Of a DNA stretch of 64,000 bases, positions 21,435 to 31,815 are shown one piece after another. The position numbers and the translations under genes were made by a program. Location of the stretch: IMG/VR virus record IMGVR_UViG_3300025103_000005, one strand, 5' to 3'. Position 1 is the first letter of the stretch, and every line of letters begins with the position of its first letter. This DNA is from an uncultured virus (IMG/VR IMGVR_UViG_3300025103_000005) (Duplodnaviria; Heunggongvirae; Uroviricota; Caudoviricetes). Below the pieces are notes generated by a model, which saw only the letters and a list, made by a program, of their open reading frames with translations, was not told the DNA's origin and ran no database searches.

Positions 21435-21778
21435 TGCCAGCGAACGACCATTTGAAGAGATTGATGATTGATACGATTGCATCGAACATCAATGAGATGG
21501 TAATAGGATTCGATGGTACTCCGGCAACATCCAGTGATGGCTCTGCAGGTCGTCCTGCCGTTACCATCATTCCAACGGTAAAAGTGATTGATAATGCGAC
21601 GCTTCTTGTCGAAGGAACACTCAGCACAGCCGATACATTCGATGAGACTTTGAAGGAAGTCTATGTCCAGTTACGCGGAGCGAGCGGTTTCACACCCATC
21701 ACAAGGCATGTTTTCAGGCCAATAGTGAAAAGTGCAAATAACGAAATGAAGATTCAATTAGTAGTAGAGGTGAAGTGA
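21434..21778 (+). CDS. Putative small baseplate/tail structural protein
   Basis: 114-aa beta-rich ORF translationally coupled within the tail operon. Confidence 0.5.
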   Translation: MPANDHLKRLMIDTIASNINEMVIGFDGTPATSSDGSAGRPAVTIIPTVKVIDNATLLVEGTLSTADTFDETLKEVYVQLRGASGFTPITRHVFRPIVKSANNEMKIQLVVEVK

Positions 21779-21782
21779 GTAA

Positions 21783-24218
21783 ATGGGCGATAATGCGAAA
21801 TCTGGACATACAACGGGTCTAACAGATGGAGACTACATACTCTCTCCATCTTTTACTAATCTCTATGAGGGGCTTCATGGTAATGGAATCTTAGCATTAG
21901 AAGACGGGGCAGTAGGAGACGGTGATAGAAATACACCTGCGGATATGCCCGGCGCTATTTCTGCTTCAACCAATGTATTGACGATTAAGGGTGGGTATGC
22001 TGTCATTGATGGCATCGTAGTAGCATTCGGAGGAGGGTACGATAGCAATGCACCCGATGATTATACAGTAACGCTTGAAGATAGTCGTATAGAGGGGAAC
22101 CAATCTGCCTTAACAACTGGTCAGTCTGTCCTTTTGGTAGTCTATGTCTGCTCTGATGGAGGTAGTACGAAGAAGAACATCTATGTAGAAATGGGCACTC
22201 CTGTGTCAAGCGGTTATCCTGTAACTCCAGAAGGATTCCTTTCCGACCCCAATAGTTCACTCGTGTCTAAGCAAACTACGGTTCTTGGGATAGTGAAATG
22301 TGTTTATTCCAGTGGCACAGGCGATTTGGATATGACTACAGCCGGAGGAGAGATACTCGATAGGCGAACATTCCTTCGTCCATCGCCAATTTACATGACT
22401 CCCGTAAGCACAGGCGCAGTAGGAGCCACTGTTACGGATTCAAATCGCGTTGATATGCATACTGACTTAGATGGTATTCACGGAGGTGGAGATGAAAATG
22501 GCGCACTGACTAACAGCGAGTTAGGCGCTCTATGGATGTCTTACAGTAATGCTGGGGATAACGTGCTTTACTTCAGCGGTAAGCAGGGCGGTGCACGAAG
22601 GTCATACAGACTCGGTCCAGACAAACTCAGCACGAGCAATGCTTCGCAGACTTTCAGATTCGATGGGCCAAACTTCTTTCATGCTACGCCTACTGGTAAC
22701 ATCACACTAACGCCAAGTGGCACATTTCCTCCAAGTCATACGGTGACAGTAAACAACGCTGCTTCTGCTACTCACAATATAGCATTCGACCCGTCTGGTA
22801 TCAATTCCACCGTTGGTCCTGCGTCAGCAGCAGTATTTGCATACAACGGCAGCGCATGGGTCAAGATATTCGCATCAAGTAGTAGTTCGAGCGCTTCGGG
22901 TGGCTCTACTGGTGATGTTCAATATAATGATGGGTCAAGCGGATTCTCTGGCGAAGGGGTATTCACCTACAATGCTGGAACGAACACTCTTACTGTAGGC
23001 GTAGTATCAACAGCAGGCCTCATTAGTGCGCCTACGGGTGTGCAATTTGGCACTGGCACGGCTACTAATCCGGGTTCAGCAACTACGCTATGGCGCGATT
23101 CCGATGATTCAAGATTATACTTCAATACCTCAAAGGTGCTTCTTGATGGGGATTCCATAGCCACCAATTTGAATGCTCTTTCTGCTGCTGCTGTGGATGT
23201 CGCCGCCGATTCGATTGGATTCATTGACGCTAACGACTCAAATAATTCCAAGAAAGAATCTATCGCTGATTTGGCTACTGCTATGGCTGGCACAGGCATT
23301 TCAGCATCCAGTGGTGTTTTGAATCTCGATGCCGCCCAAACGGGCATTACGTCAATAGGTCCAGCGAGTGGAACGCTTACTGTAAGCGACGACCTCACAG
23401 TCACTGGTGATTTAATTGTCAGTGGAGCGACTACTACATTGAACGTGGCTACGATAGACGTGGCGGATAAAAACATCAATCTCGGTAGTGGCTTAGGAAA
23501 CGACGCTGCCGTAGATGGAGGAGGTATCACTCTTGAATCATCGAGTGGCACTGGGGATAAGACGATAGCATGGGTTGATGCCAATGATGCTTGGACATTC
23601 AATCAGCATATTTACCCAAGTGCAGATAGTGCGCTGAACTTAGGTTCTAACACCATCAGATTCGCCACTGGGTATCTCGATGCACTTACTACTGGCACCA
23701 TCACTGGAAGCGGAGATGTTACAATCGACACGAATGTGCTCAAAGTAGATACTGCCGGAGATAAAGTCGGTATACTCCAAGCCTCCCCAGAGGCCACATT
23801 CCAAGTAAAGGAGACTGGTTTTGGATACGGTAGTGGGACTCTTGCAGCAGGTTCTAACAATGGCTCCACAGTAGTCAATGATGGGACTTCATCTACTGGA
23901 ATCGTACTCTTTCATAGTCAGAAGTTCAGAGCAGGAAAACTGCTTGTCGAAGTGGCTAATGAGGGAGATGACCCTGATTTCTCTACTGGTAGAATATACG
24001 AAACTGCAGAAATGGTCATCACACACAATGGGCGGTCAAATGCGGCTGCTACAGAAGCATATCTCACTACATATGGCGTAGTTACAAGCGGCGGAGGCAC
24101 ACTCCAAGGCGCATATAACGTCGCTATCGTGAGTGGAAATGTTGAATTACAGGTTACACCTACGGTGAGCAGCGATGACATCACCGTGCGCGTCTCTTGG
24201 CAAGCAATGACAATATGA
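21783..24218 (+). CDS. Tail fibre / baseplate-attached fibre protein 1
   Basis: G/S/T-rich. Carries fibre motifs (GGSTGDVQYNDG, VTGDLIVSGATTT) and a C-terminal domain shared with the next gene. Confidence 0.7.
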   Translation: MGDNAKSGHTTGLTDGDYILSPSFTNLYEGLHGNGILALEDGAVGDGDRNTPADMPGAISASTNVLTIKGGYAVIDGIVVAFGGGYDSNAPDDYTVTLEDSRIEGNQSALTTGQSVLLVVYVCSDGGSTKKNIYVEMGTPVSSGYPVTPEGFLSDPNSSLVSKQTTVLGIVKCVYSSGTGDLDMTTAGGEILDRRTFLRPSPIYMTPVSTGAVGATVTDSNRVDMHTDLDGIHGGGDENGALTNSELGALWMSYSNAGDNVLYFSGKQGGARRSYRLGPDKLSTSNASQTFRFDGPNFFHATPTGNITLTPSGTFPPSHTVTVNNAASATHNIAFDPSGINSTVGPASAAVFAYNGSAWVKIFASSSSSSASGGSTGDVQYNDGSSGFSGEGVFTYNAGTNTLTVGVVSTAGLISAPTGVQFGTGTATNPGSATTLWRDSDDSRLYFNTSKVLLDGDSIATNLNALSAAAVDVAADSIGFIDANDSNNSKKESIADLATAMAGTGISASSGVLNLDAAQTGITSIGPASGTLTVSDDLTVTGDLIVSGATTTLNVATIDVADKNINLGSGLGNDAAVDGGGITLESSSGTGDKTIAWVDANDAWTFNQHIYPSADSALNLGSNTIRFATGYLDALTTGTITGSGDVTIDTNVLKVDTAGDKVGILQASPEATFQVKETGFGYGSGTLAAGSNNGSTVVNDGTSSTGIVLFHSQKFRAGKLLVEVANEGDDPDFSTGRIYETAEMVITHNGRSNAAATEAYLTTYGVVTSGGGTLQGAYNVAIVSGNVELQVTPTVSSDDITVRVSWQAMTI

Positions 24219-24230
24219 GAGGGATAGAAA

Positions 24231-27200
24231 ATGGGCACGATAAAAGATTTCAGAGTAAAGCAAGGATTGGTAGTAGAAGACGGGGATGTGACGCTTGCGA
24301 GCGACCATACTGTAAAAGCGGGGATATTCGATACGAATGTCGCTGCAGCCGGTGTTACGCTTACAGGCACGACACTTGCAGCAGATGGCTCAAATACCAA
24401 TATCGACATCAATATCACCCCGAAAGGGTCTGGAGAAGTGAATATCACTAAGGTAGACATTGACGCTGGCACGATAGATGGTGCGACGATAGCCACATCG
24501 GATGTTACAGTTGGCTCTGGAAAAACGCTCGATGTTTCCGGCGGAACTCTTACTCTGGCTAATAATCAGATTAGTGGTGATAAAGTCGAAGGAGGAACAA
24601 TCGCTGCTACTACAATTACTGCACTTACAACTGCTGGGATTACAGCGACTTCTAACATAGATATCGGCGCTTACAATTTCAGAGCAGCGAGTATTACTGC
24701 AGATGGATTGACTTCTGGTCGAGTTCCATTTGCTTCCACTAATGGTTTATTGACTGATGATGCCGATTTCGCTTTCGCTACTGATACGCTAACAGTCACT
24801 AAACTCGGCGCTTACGAACAAGCGGGTGCAGTTGATTTCTCCGATGAAGCAATGACTAATGTGAACATCGACAGCGGTGCGATAGATGGCACGGCTATCG
24901 GTGCAAATAGTGCTTCTACGGCGGTATTCTCTTCAGTTGATATCAACGCTGGCACGATAGATGACACAGATATTGGGCAGTCGACTGCAAGGTCAGGAGC
25001 ATTCACGACACTCAGTGCGACCGGCGCTGTTACTACTGGCACTGCTGGCAGTGGCGTAGACGTCACATTCCATTCAGCCACTTCTGGCGACCACATGTTG
25101 TGGGATGCTAGTGAAGAGCAATTGAAAATTATCGGTACTTCAGGTCAAGTTGCACTGGATATTGATACAGGTAACTTCACAGTTGGTGCTTACGGATTAA
25201 CTGATGGTGGTGCAGCAACTATCGCCTCAATGGCTGGTAATTGGACTAATGCAGGTAGAACTGTGGCCGATGCGGGCACTCTTACAACCGTAGATATCAA
25301 TGGGGGCTCGATTGATAATACGTCAATTGGCACTTCTACAAGGGCTTCGGGTAAGTTTACTTCACTCCTTGCCACCAGCACTGCAAAGTTTACTGCGAGT
25401 CAATCAATTACAACAACCGGAAAAGTCTCAGTTAAAAATGCTGATGAGGATAACCCCGCAATAGAAACCAACACTCAATTTCAAGTCAATGGGCCTGCTT
25501 TATCTGGTTCCGATGCTACTACCAGCATGAATTATGCGGAAGCCCGTATTCATACAGATATTGGTAACGACGATGTTGCTGGAACTACTTACAACGGAAT
25601 AGGTAATGCCTTGCTCTTAGACCAAGCAGAAAATATCCATGTTGGTCAAGGAATAGTATACACCCAAGGTCGAAGCGGCACAGGAAACTCTTGGGCTGTG
25701 GGAAGACAAGCCAACAGAGCGGGTGGAAATAGCGAAATTCAAACCAATGTATTCCATATCGGATATAAGGCTAAGGATTATGATAACGTCGCAAGCAGCA
25801 CCGACAATCCTCTCAATGTTGGAAATTATCTAATGACTCTGGACACTAGCGGCACGGCTAAGTTCAAAGGAGATATTATTCTTGATGATGGTGGTAGTCT
25901 CAAAGAACGGAGCGGAACTGCGGCTCTTACTTTTGATGCTTCGGGGAATATAACCAAGATAGGTCAAGACTCTCCGAGCGATACCCATGTCTTGACTTGG
26001 GACAACAGCGCTGGATATGCTGTTTGGTCTGCTTCTGCTTCAGGCGCAGACGGAATGGGTAGCGGATTTGTCTTAGAAGATGGGGACGGCACAGAAGTCA
26101 CAATTGATGAAGACAAAGAAGTGAAGTTCATTGATGGTAATGGATTAAAAATCAATTGGACTGATACATCAACAGGCTCTGACGGAGACCCATACGACCT
26201 AACTTTCTCTTTGGACATTGACGGAATGACCGACATCGGTGCAGGACTTGCGAGTGGTGATTTATTCATAGTCGATGATGGCGCAGGTGGAACCAACCGA
26301 AAGACAACAGTGGACAGGATTGCTACGCTATTCGCTGGCGATGGTATTACTGCTTCCAGTGGCGTGATAAGCGTAGATGCCGCACAAACAAAGGCTACCA
26401 GTAGTATGACCAGTAGCACTTCACGCACAATTACGACTCCTTTACTGAGTATTGAGAGTAGCACGAGCACTAAACCTGTGGTTCAAATTAAGAATACTAC
26501 TAACGACCAAGATGGTCCTTCTGAACTGCGCTTTGTAAAGGATAAGGGAGCAGCAGGTGCCGCAGGAGATGTAGCAGGTGCAATTACCTTTTACTCCGAC
26601 GATGCTGCACAAAATAACCAAGCCTTTGGAAAGATACAGACAAAGACGACAGCAGCAACTGCTGGTTCAGAAACCGGCGAGATAGGTCTCAGTGTAGCGA
26701 CATCCACAAGTGGCGCTCTCGCTGAAGTGCTTGTAGTCACAGGTGGCGCAACTGCCGCAACATCGACTGTTGATGTGAAGGGTCATCTCATCGTGCGCGG
26801 GACAACGACCACGGTGAACAGCACTACGATTGACGTAGCCGATACTAACATTACTCTTGGAAACGGTGTCGGAAATGATGCGGCAATAGATGGTGGTGGA
26901 ATTACTCTTGAATCAAGCGGAGATGATAAGACATTCATCTGGGTGGATGGAACCGACTCATGGACTTCTAACAATCACATGAACTTGACTTCCATCACCA
27001 CTCCTGCATACAAGATTGCTGGCACATCAGTTCTCAACGCTACCACACTTGGCATAAATGTAGTTAATTCGACTCTTACCAAAGTGGCCGCACTTAATGA
27101 AGGTAGCATCACATCGGGCTTCGGCACAATTAACACAGGCTCGTCTAATATCACAACTTCGGGCACTCTTGCTGGAGGGGCAATTACAGGAACCAGTCTG

Positions 27201-27740
27201 GCGGTTTCGGGCACAATTACTGGAGATACTTCGCTTACTCTCGATTCTACTACACTCACAACCGCCGAGTTAGGAGTCTTAGATGGTCTTACAGTAGGGA
27301 CTGTGGCAGCGAGTAAGGCTCTAACTGTAGACGCCAGCAGAGATGTAGCCACAATTAGAAATCTAACTTCCGATGGACAAGTGCAAGGTGCCACACTCAG
27401 CGCCGATGCAGTAGCCATCATTGATACAGCAAGAGGTAGTGGAGCATCAATTTCTGGCGAAACATCTCTCATGAACATCGCCAAGGCAACATACCGAGCG
27501 GCTAAAGTCTTGTATCATATTAAGAAGGACGATAGTGCAGATACAGATGCGGGTGAGATACTCATCACATACAACGGCACAGATGCCTTCCTAACTCACT
27601 ATGCGGAAATCAGCACAGGTTCTGCAGTAATCGGAACTTGGGATGCTACAGTCAATAGTGCTAATATCGAAGTGAGATTTACTCCTACTGCAGACGGGGC
27701 GCATACATACAGTCTCTGCACAACACAACTCATAACCTGA
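24231..27740 (+). CDS. Tail fibre protein 2
   Basis: Repeated IDAGTIDG/INGGSIDN motifs, N-terminal KDFRVKQGL motif, and modules paralogous to fibre 1. Confidence 0.75.
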   Translation: MGTIKDFRVKQGLVVEDGDVTLASDHTVKAGIFDTNVAAAGVTLTGTTLAADGSNTNIDINITPKGSGEVNITKVDIDAGTIDGATIATSDVTVGSGKTLDVSGGTLTLANNQISGDKVEGGTIAATTITALTTAGITATSNIDIGAYNFRAASITADGLTSGRVPFASTNGLLTDDADFAFATDTLTVTKLGAYEQAGAVDFSDEAMTNVNIDSGAIDGTAIGANSASTAVFSSVDINAGTIDDTDIGQSTARSGAFTTLSATGAVTTGTAGSGVDVTFHSATSGDHMLWDASEEQLKIIGTSGQVALDIDTGNFTVGAYGLTDGGAATIASMAGNWTNAGRTVADAGTLTTVDINGGSIDNTSIGTSTRASGKFTSLLATSTAKFTASQSITTTGKVSVKNADEDNPAIETNTQFQVNGPALSGSDATTSMNYAEARIHTDIGNDDVAGTTYNGIGNALLLDQAENIHVGQGIVYTQGRSGTGNSWAVGRQANRAGGNSEIQTNVFHIGYKAKDYDNVASSTDNPLNVGNYLMTLDTSGTAKFKGDIILDDGGSLKERSGTAALTFDASGNITKIGQDSPSDTHVLTWDNSAGYAVWSASASGADGMGSGFVLEDGDGTEVTIDEDKEVKFIDGNGLKINWTDTSTGSDGDPYDLTFSLDIDGMTDIGAGLASGDLFIVDDGAGGTNRKTTVDRIATLFAGDGITASSGVISVDAAQTKATSSMTSSTSRTITTPLLSIESSTSTKPVVQIKNTTNDQDGPSELRFVKDKGAAGAAGDVAGAITFYSDDAAQNNQAFGKIQTKTTAATAGSETGEIGLSVATSTSGALAEVLVVTGGATAATSTVDVKGHLIVRGTTTTVNSTTIDVADTNITLGNGVGNDAAIDGGGITLESSGDDKTFIWVDGTDSWTSNNHMNLTSITTPAYKIAGTSVLNATTLGINVVNSTLTKVAALNEGSITSGFGTINTGSSNITTSGTLAGGAITGTSLAVSGTITGDTSLTLDSTTLTTAELGVLDGLTVGTVAASKALTVDASRDVATIRNLTSDGQVQGATLSADAVAIIDTARGSGASISGETSLMNIAKATYRAAKVLYHIKKDDSADTDAGEILITYNGTDAFLTHYAEISTGSAVIGTWDATVNSANIEVRFTPTADGAHTYSLCTTQLIT

Positions 27741-27765
27741 TGGACAGTGAAATTATGGTGATAAC

Positions 27766-30507
27766 TTGGGAACGAATAAGGATTTTGTAGTAAAGAAAGG
27801 ATTAGTAGTAACCGAAGACATTGAACTCGGTCATGCTACTGATACCACGATAGCGCGCTCCAGTGCTGGAGCAATAACCATTGAAGGGGTAGCAGTCCCC
27901 ACTGTATCATCCACTTCCACACTCACGAACAAGACACTTACAGCGCCCGTCATCAACATAGGTTCTGATGCAGAAGGGGACATTTACTACCGTACTTCTG
28001 GTGGCGCATTTACTCGTTTGGCAAGAGGGTCTGATAATCAGACTCTAATGATGAATGGTAATGTCCCTAATTGGGAAACAGTAAGTGGCGGTGGTAGTGG
28101 CGATGTAGAGAAGGTAGGAACACCAGTAAATAACCAAGTTGGAGTTTGGACTGGTGATGGGACTATTGAAGGAGATGCCAAATTAACATGGGATGGAACA
28201 GAACAACTTGAACTAACTGATTCTGATGCAGGTTCAGGATGGGGGCCAATTCTCAGTCTTTACCACGATTCAGCATCACCACTTGCTAATGACGGGCTTG
28301 GAAACATAAGATTCTATGGTAAGGACAGCGTAGGGAATAAAGAAGAATATGCTCGTATTCGGGCTAAGATAGCAGATGAATCATCGGGTACAGAAGATGT
28401 ACAGTTGAAGTTTGGAACAGTTAATGCGGGTACTTTCGATGAAGATATGCTTGTTCTTTCTGAGGGTGGAGTTTCAGGAACAGTAATCAAAGATGAAGAC
28501 AATTTGGCTTCCAATTCTGCTACTCATCTTGCTACTCAACAATCAATCAAAGCGTATGTTGATGCTAACGCAGGTGGCGGTGGTGCTTCTGCTCTTGATG
28601 GCCTGTCCGATGTGGCGGATAGTACCGATGCAAACTTAACAGAGAGCATAGTAGTGGGGAACGCTGTTGGTTCTGTTGCGAGTGGGACATGGGATAGGGT
28701 CTATTACCTGACCGCACTTGGTTCAGGCGCGGCGGCGAATATCACCACAGGCGACGGTATAACAGCCATCGGAAGGAACGCAGGGAGAGCCATAACAACC
28801 GGCTCCGATTCTGTATTCATTGGCTCAGGGGCTGGGTCTAATTCGGATGGTACATCGGGTGTTACTACAGCAACTCACAATTATATTATCGGGAACGCAG
28901 GTTCAGGACCAATGACCGGCAGTAAGAATGTAATCATGGGTGCAACCGCAGGTTATGACCTAACCTCGGGTCATTCAAATGTGATGTTAGGATATAGAGC
29001 CGCCGCTAATCAGACAACGGGCAACTCTATGGTGGCTATCGGCCATGATGCACTTTACACAGGAACAGGTCAGAACTTTATGACCGCAGTAGGTCATAGT
29101 GCTGGATATAGCCATACAGGAACAGAAGGTGTCTTGATTGGTTCAGATGCAGGGAGAGAGTCAGGTAGTGGAAATGGTGCTGTTCATATCGGCAGACAAG
29201 CGGGCTACTACGCTACAGGAAACGACAATGTGTCGGTTGGCCGCACCGCTATGTTTGGGACAAATGGTTCGGCAACAGGGACTAACAATGTGGCGATGGG
29301 AAGAGGCGCACTTTACACCTACACTTCGGCATCAGGCTCAACAGCAATAGGACATAATACTCTGTATAACCTCACCTCGGGAGGATATAACGTCGCTGTA
29401 GGTTATCAGACCATGTATAATGCTTCGGATGGGGAGAAGAACACCTGCGTTGGGTATCAGGCCATGTATAATCACGGAGGAAACTATAACGTCGCACTTG
29501 GCTACAGGACGTTATACGGAGCCAGCGAAGCATCATCCACAGGTGGCTACAATGTCGCCATAGGCGAGGAAGCCATGAAGAACAACACATCAGGAGGGGC
29601 AAGTGTCTGCATCGGTTGGGAGGCTGGTAAGGCTATAACAAGCGGTGGCTCCAACATCGCAATAGGTCGTGCGGCAGGTTGGAGCATGACTGACCCAAAC
29701 TACAACATCTTCATTGGCGAGTTCGCAGGTAAGTTGGTGACTACCAATAATTACTGCGTCGCGGTGGGTCACTTCTCACAAGACGGTATGACAGGTAGTA
29801 ACAATGTGAGTATGGGAGTTAATACTCTTGGTGGTACTGGGGCTGGAGAACACAACACAGCAATTGGAAATCACGCTGGTCATGCAACGTCGAGTGGGAC
29901 AAGAAATATCTTCCTCGGACAGTATGCCGGGAGTGGAGTCACTTCGGGTGATAACAATGTGGTTATAGGTAAAGCAGATGTGACGGCAGATGCAGACGAC
30001 CAACTCTCAATTTCTTCGGGTGATGGTAGCCCTATTTGGATTACAGGTGACTCAGCAGGTAAAGTCACAATGAATGATGTATCGCCAGCAGAATACAATA
30101 CTTGGGCGCAATTCTTCTATCAACGAGATGATGTAGGAACAGGCACAGTCAATATAACTTTACCTACTCAATCAGGGGCTGATTCAACTGCGGCGGGTTA
30201 TCCAATGCCGGTAGCAGGGGTAGTTAAAGCAATATCATTTCAGTCTTCGGGTGTTTCTCTTAGTGGTTCAGATGCACAAACATGGAGAGTTAGAGTAAAT
30301 GGTTCAAGTAGTGCGGGTGATTATGAAGATTTTACTTTTTCTCCGGCAGACATGGCTAATCCAAGCGGGACTAATTTTGTTTATACTAAGACAAGATTAG
30401 AATTAAGTGTGGATGCAAACGACTTATTACAAATTAGAAGACAGGCTGTTGCTGGTTCCGTATCATACGGAGATGTGAACTGTATAGTATATGTTGATTT
30501 TAGTTGA
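27766..30507 (+). CDS. Tail fibre / receptor-binding protein 3 with NxAxG-type repeats (YadA-head-like)
   Basis: TTG start after a GGTGA Shine-Dalgarno. N-terminus KDFVVKKGL matches fibre 2. Many short NVAIGxxA-like repeats between about 28700 and 29970. Confidence 0.75.
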   Translation: MGTNKDFVVKKGLVVTEDIELGHATDTTIARSSAGAITIEGVAVPTVSSTSTLTNKTLTAPVINIGSDAEGDIYYRTSGGAFTRLARGSDNQTLMMNGNVPNWETVSGGGSGDVEKVGTPVNNQVGVWTGDGTIEGDAKLTWDGTEQLELTDSDAGSGWGPILSLYHDSASPLANDGLGNIRFYGKDSVGNKEEYARIRAKIADESSGTEDVQLKFGTVNAGTFDEDMLVLSEGGVSGTVIKDEDNLASNSATHLATQQSIKAYVDANAGGGGASALDGLSDVADSTDANLTESIVVGNAVGSVASGTWDRVYYLTALGSGAAANITTGDGITAIGRNAGRAITTGSDSVFIGSGAGSNSDGTSGVTTATHNYIIGNAGSGPMTGSKNVIMGATAGYDLTSGHSNVMLGYRAAANQTTGNSMVAIGHDALYTGTGQNFMTAVGHSAGYSHTGTEGVLIGSDAGRESGSGNGAVHIGRQAGYYATGNDNVSVGRTAMFGTNGSATGTNNVAMGRGALYTYTSASGSTAIGHNTLYNLTSGGYNVAVGYQTMYNASDGEKNTCVGYQAMYNHGGNYNVALGYRTLYGASEASSTGGYNVAIGEEAMKNNTSGGASVCIGWEAGKAITSGGSNIAIGRAAGWSMTDPNYNIFIGEFAGKLVTTNNYCVAVGHFSQDGMTGSNNVSMGVNTLGGTGAGEHNTAIGNHAGHATSSGTRNIFLGQYAGSGVTSGDNNVVIGKADVTADADDQLSISSGDGSPIWITGDSAGKVTMNDVSPAEYNTWAQFFYQRDDVGTGTVNITLPTQSGADSTAAGYPMPVAGVVKAISFQSSGVSLSGSDAQTWRVRVNGSSSAGDYEDFTFSPADMANPSGTNFVYTKTRLELSVDANDLLQIRRQAVAGSVSYGDVNCIVYVDFS

Positions 30508-30517
30508 AGGTGATTAA

Positions 30518-30727
30518 ATGGAATGGGATGAATTAAGAGATATTAGAACACAAAAACTGTTGCGTATGGACAGGTATCAATTATCAATACGATACGATGC
30601 GCTTACAGACGCACAGAAAACAGAACTACAACAATATAGAACAGACCTTCTTACATTACCACAAAATTATAACACACCTCAAGAGGCGTATGATAACATT
30701 CCCACCAAACCCACTTGGTTTGATTAA
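30518..30727 (+). CDS. Tail fibre assembly chaperone
   Basis: WDELRDIRTQKL...LQQYRTDLLTLPQ...PTKP matches the pattern of phage tail-fibre assembly chaperones, and the gene directly follows the fibre gene. Confidence 0.75.
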   Translation: MEWDELRDIRTQKLLRMDRYQLSIRYDALTDAQKTELQQYRTDLLTLPQNYNTPQEAYDNIPTKPTWFD

Positions 30728-30739
30728 GGAGGAAAAGAA

Positions 30740-31066
30740 ATGGCACTAAGAATAGAATACGAAACAGCATACGGAATAACTTGTGAATACGCGCATTGTG
30801 TGGTAATTGACGCTAGATGTAATAGAGATACAAAACGCTCTATTGTTGACGGCGAAGATGTTGAGATAAAGACATTCCCAATAAATTACAGTGGAAAAAT
30901 ATACGCGAGTGAATCTGCGTATGGTGATGGGGCTTCACCCATTGGCGGATTTAATGGTCGCTTTGAATTAGATGCTACTGGTGCTAAGACACAATACAAC
31001 ATAGTAAAACAATGCTACAATCACTTGAAGACCAAAGATGGTTTTACTGACGGTGTGGATTGCTGA
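30740..31066 (+). CDS. Hypothetical protein, last gene of the tail operon
   Basis: Good SD (AAGGAGG). Its stop codon abuts the stop of the convergent gene. Confidence 0.6.
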   Translation: MALRIEYETAYGITCEYAHCVVIDARCNRDTKRSIVDGEDVEIKTFPINYSGKIYASESAYGDGASPIGGFNGRFELDATGAKTQYNIVKQCYNHLKTKDGFTDGVDC

Positions 31067-31333
31067 TTACTCATCCATCAATTCGCGGGCTTTCTGCACG
31101 CTGAACCGAATCTTCTGCGTGCTTGGTAAATACCAAAATGTCTCCTTTTCTAAGCCGAAGGTTTCTTCCACTCTTTGACATAGTTCGTAGCGCGAGTTTA
31201 CACGCAAGTCATCGTCTATCTCAAGACCGAGAACGGTGCCTGTTTCCTCGTCTGTATATTGGATTTTCTTATCCAGCCAAACATAGACATTACCCATTAA
31301 CGAGATAAGGCGGCGAGCCAACCACTGAAACAC
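31067..31333 (-). CDS. Hypothetical protein
   Basis: 88-aa ORF with GTG start; last gene of the minus-strand block. Confidence 0.55.
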   Translation of the reverse strand: MFQWLARRLISLMGNVYVWLDKKIQYTDEETGTVLGLEIDDDLRVNSRYELCQRVEETFGLEKETFWYLPSTQKIRFSVQKARELMDE

Positions 31334-31359
31334 GGTGTGAAAAATACACCGCTTCTATA

Positions 31360-31542
31360 CTAACTTTTCTTCTTAAATGCAGTGTCTTGCCAAATATGAC
31401 CGCATTCTTTGCACTGCCACAATTGGATTTGTTTTGCCCTACCTGTGGCTTGAGTATTGGAATAGCCCGAATATCGAGCCATGAGAGAGTGGGGGATATG
31501 CTTGTGTTCGCAATTGCGACAGTGGACTTTCAGTCTATCCAT
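31360..31542 (-). CDS. Zinc-ribbon microprotein
   Basis: CRNC...WQCKECGHIW. Likely start is the ATG at 31542, coupled by a TAATG overlap to the upstream micro-ORF. Confidence 0.7.
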   Translation of the reverse strand: MDRLKVHCRNCEHKHIPHSLMARYSGYSNTQATGRAKQIQLWQCKECGHIWQDTAFKKKS

Positions 31543-31673
31543 TAAACGGCCCAATCGTGCCACGCCCTAATTACTTCATGTGTAGGAATCCATTTTTTAC
31601 ATTTCATACATCTTGAGTAATGAAAATCATCTATTCCCCAATCTTTCTTTATGCAATCACAATAATCACTCAT
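31542..31673 (-). CDS. 43-aa Cys-rich microprotein (not in ORF track)
   Basis: Translates as MSDYCDCIKKDWGIDDFHYSRCMKCKKWIPTHEVIRAWHDWAV and overlaps its neighbours at both ends. Confidence 0.55.
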   Translation of the reverse strand: MSDYCDCIKKDWGIDDFHYSRCMKCKKWIPTHEVIRAWHDWAV

Positions 31674-31815
31674 TGTAATCCCACTCCCAATCTCTCATTC
31701 CATATGCATAAGAAAATATCTTATCCATTGCGAGTCCTACATACCACATTCCGTAAACTAAGGCGAAAGATAACACTCCCAACAACGCAAGTTCTGTTAT
31801 CCAATATAGCAACAT
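31666..31815 (-). CDS. 49-aa membrane microprotein (not in ORF track)
   Basis: MLLYWITELALLGVLSFALVYGMWYVGLAMDKIF...; one hydrophobic helix; starts immediately after the upstream stop codon. Confidence 0.55.
   Translation of the reverse strand: MLLYWITELALLGVLSFALVYGMWYVGLAMDKIFSYAYGMRDWEWDYNE

Noticed and set aside
2036..30098. Many minus-strand ORFs opposite the tail genes (e.g. 2036..2692, 22967..23602, 25964..26470)
   Set aside because: They are antisense shadows of long G/S/T-rich genes, with no motifs or translation signals.
31333..31377. Small hairpin CGGTGT-N7-ACACCG and a degenerate promoter-like stretch near the strand switch
   Set aside because: The stem is only 6 bp and overlaps a start codon, and the spacing differs from the 23-bp motif. 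Too weak to call a terminator or promoter.
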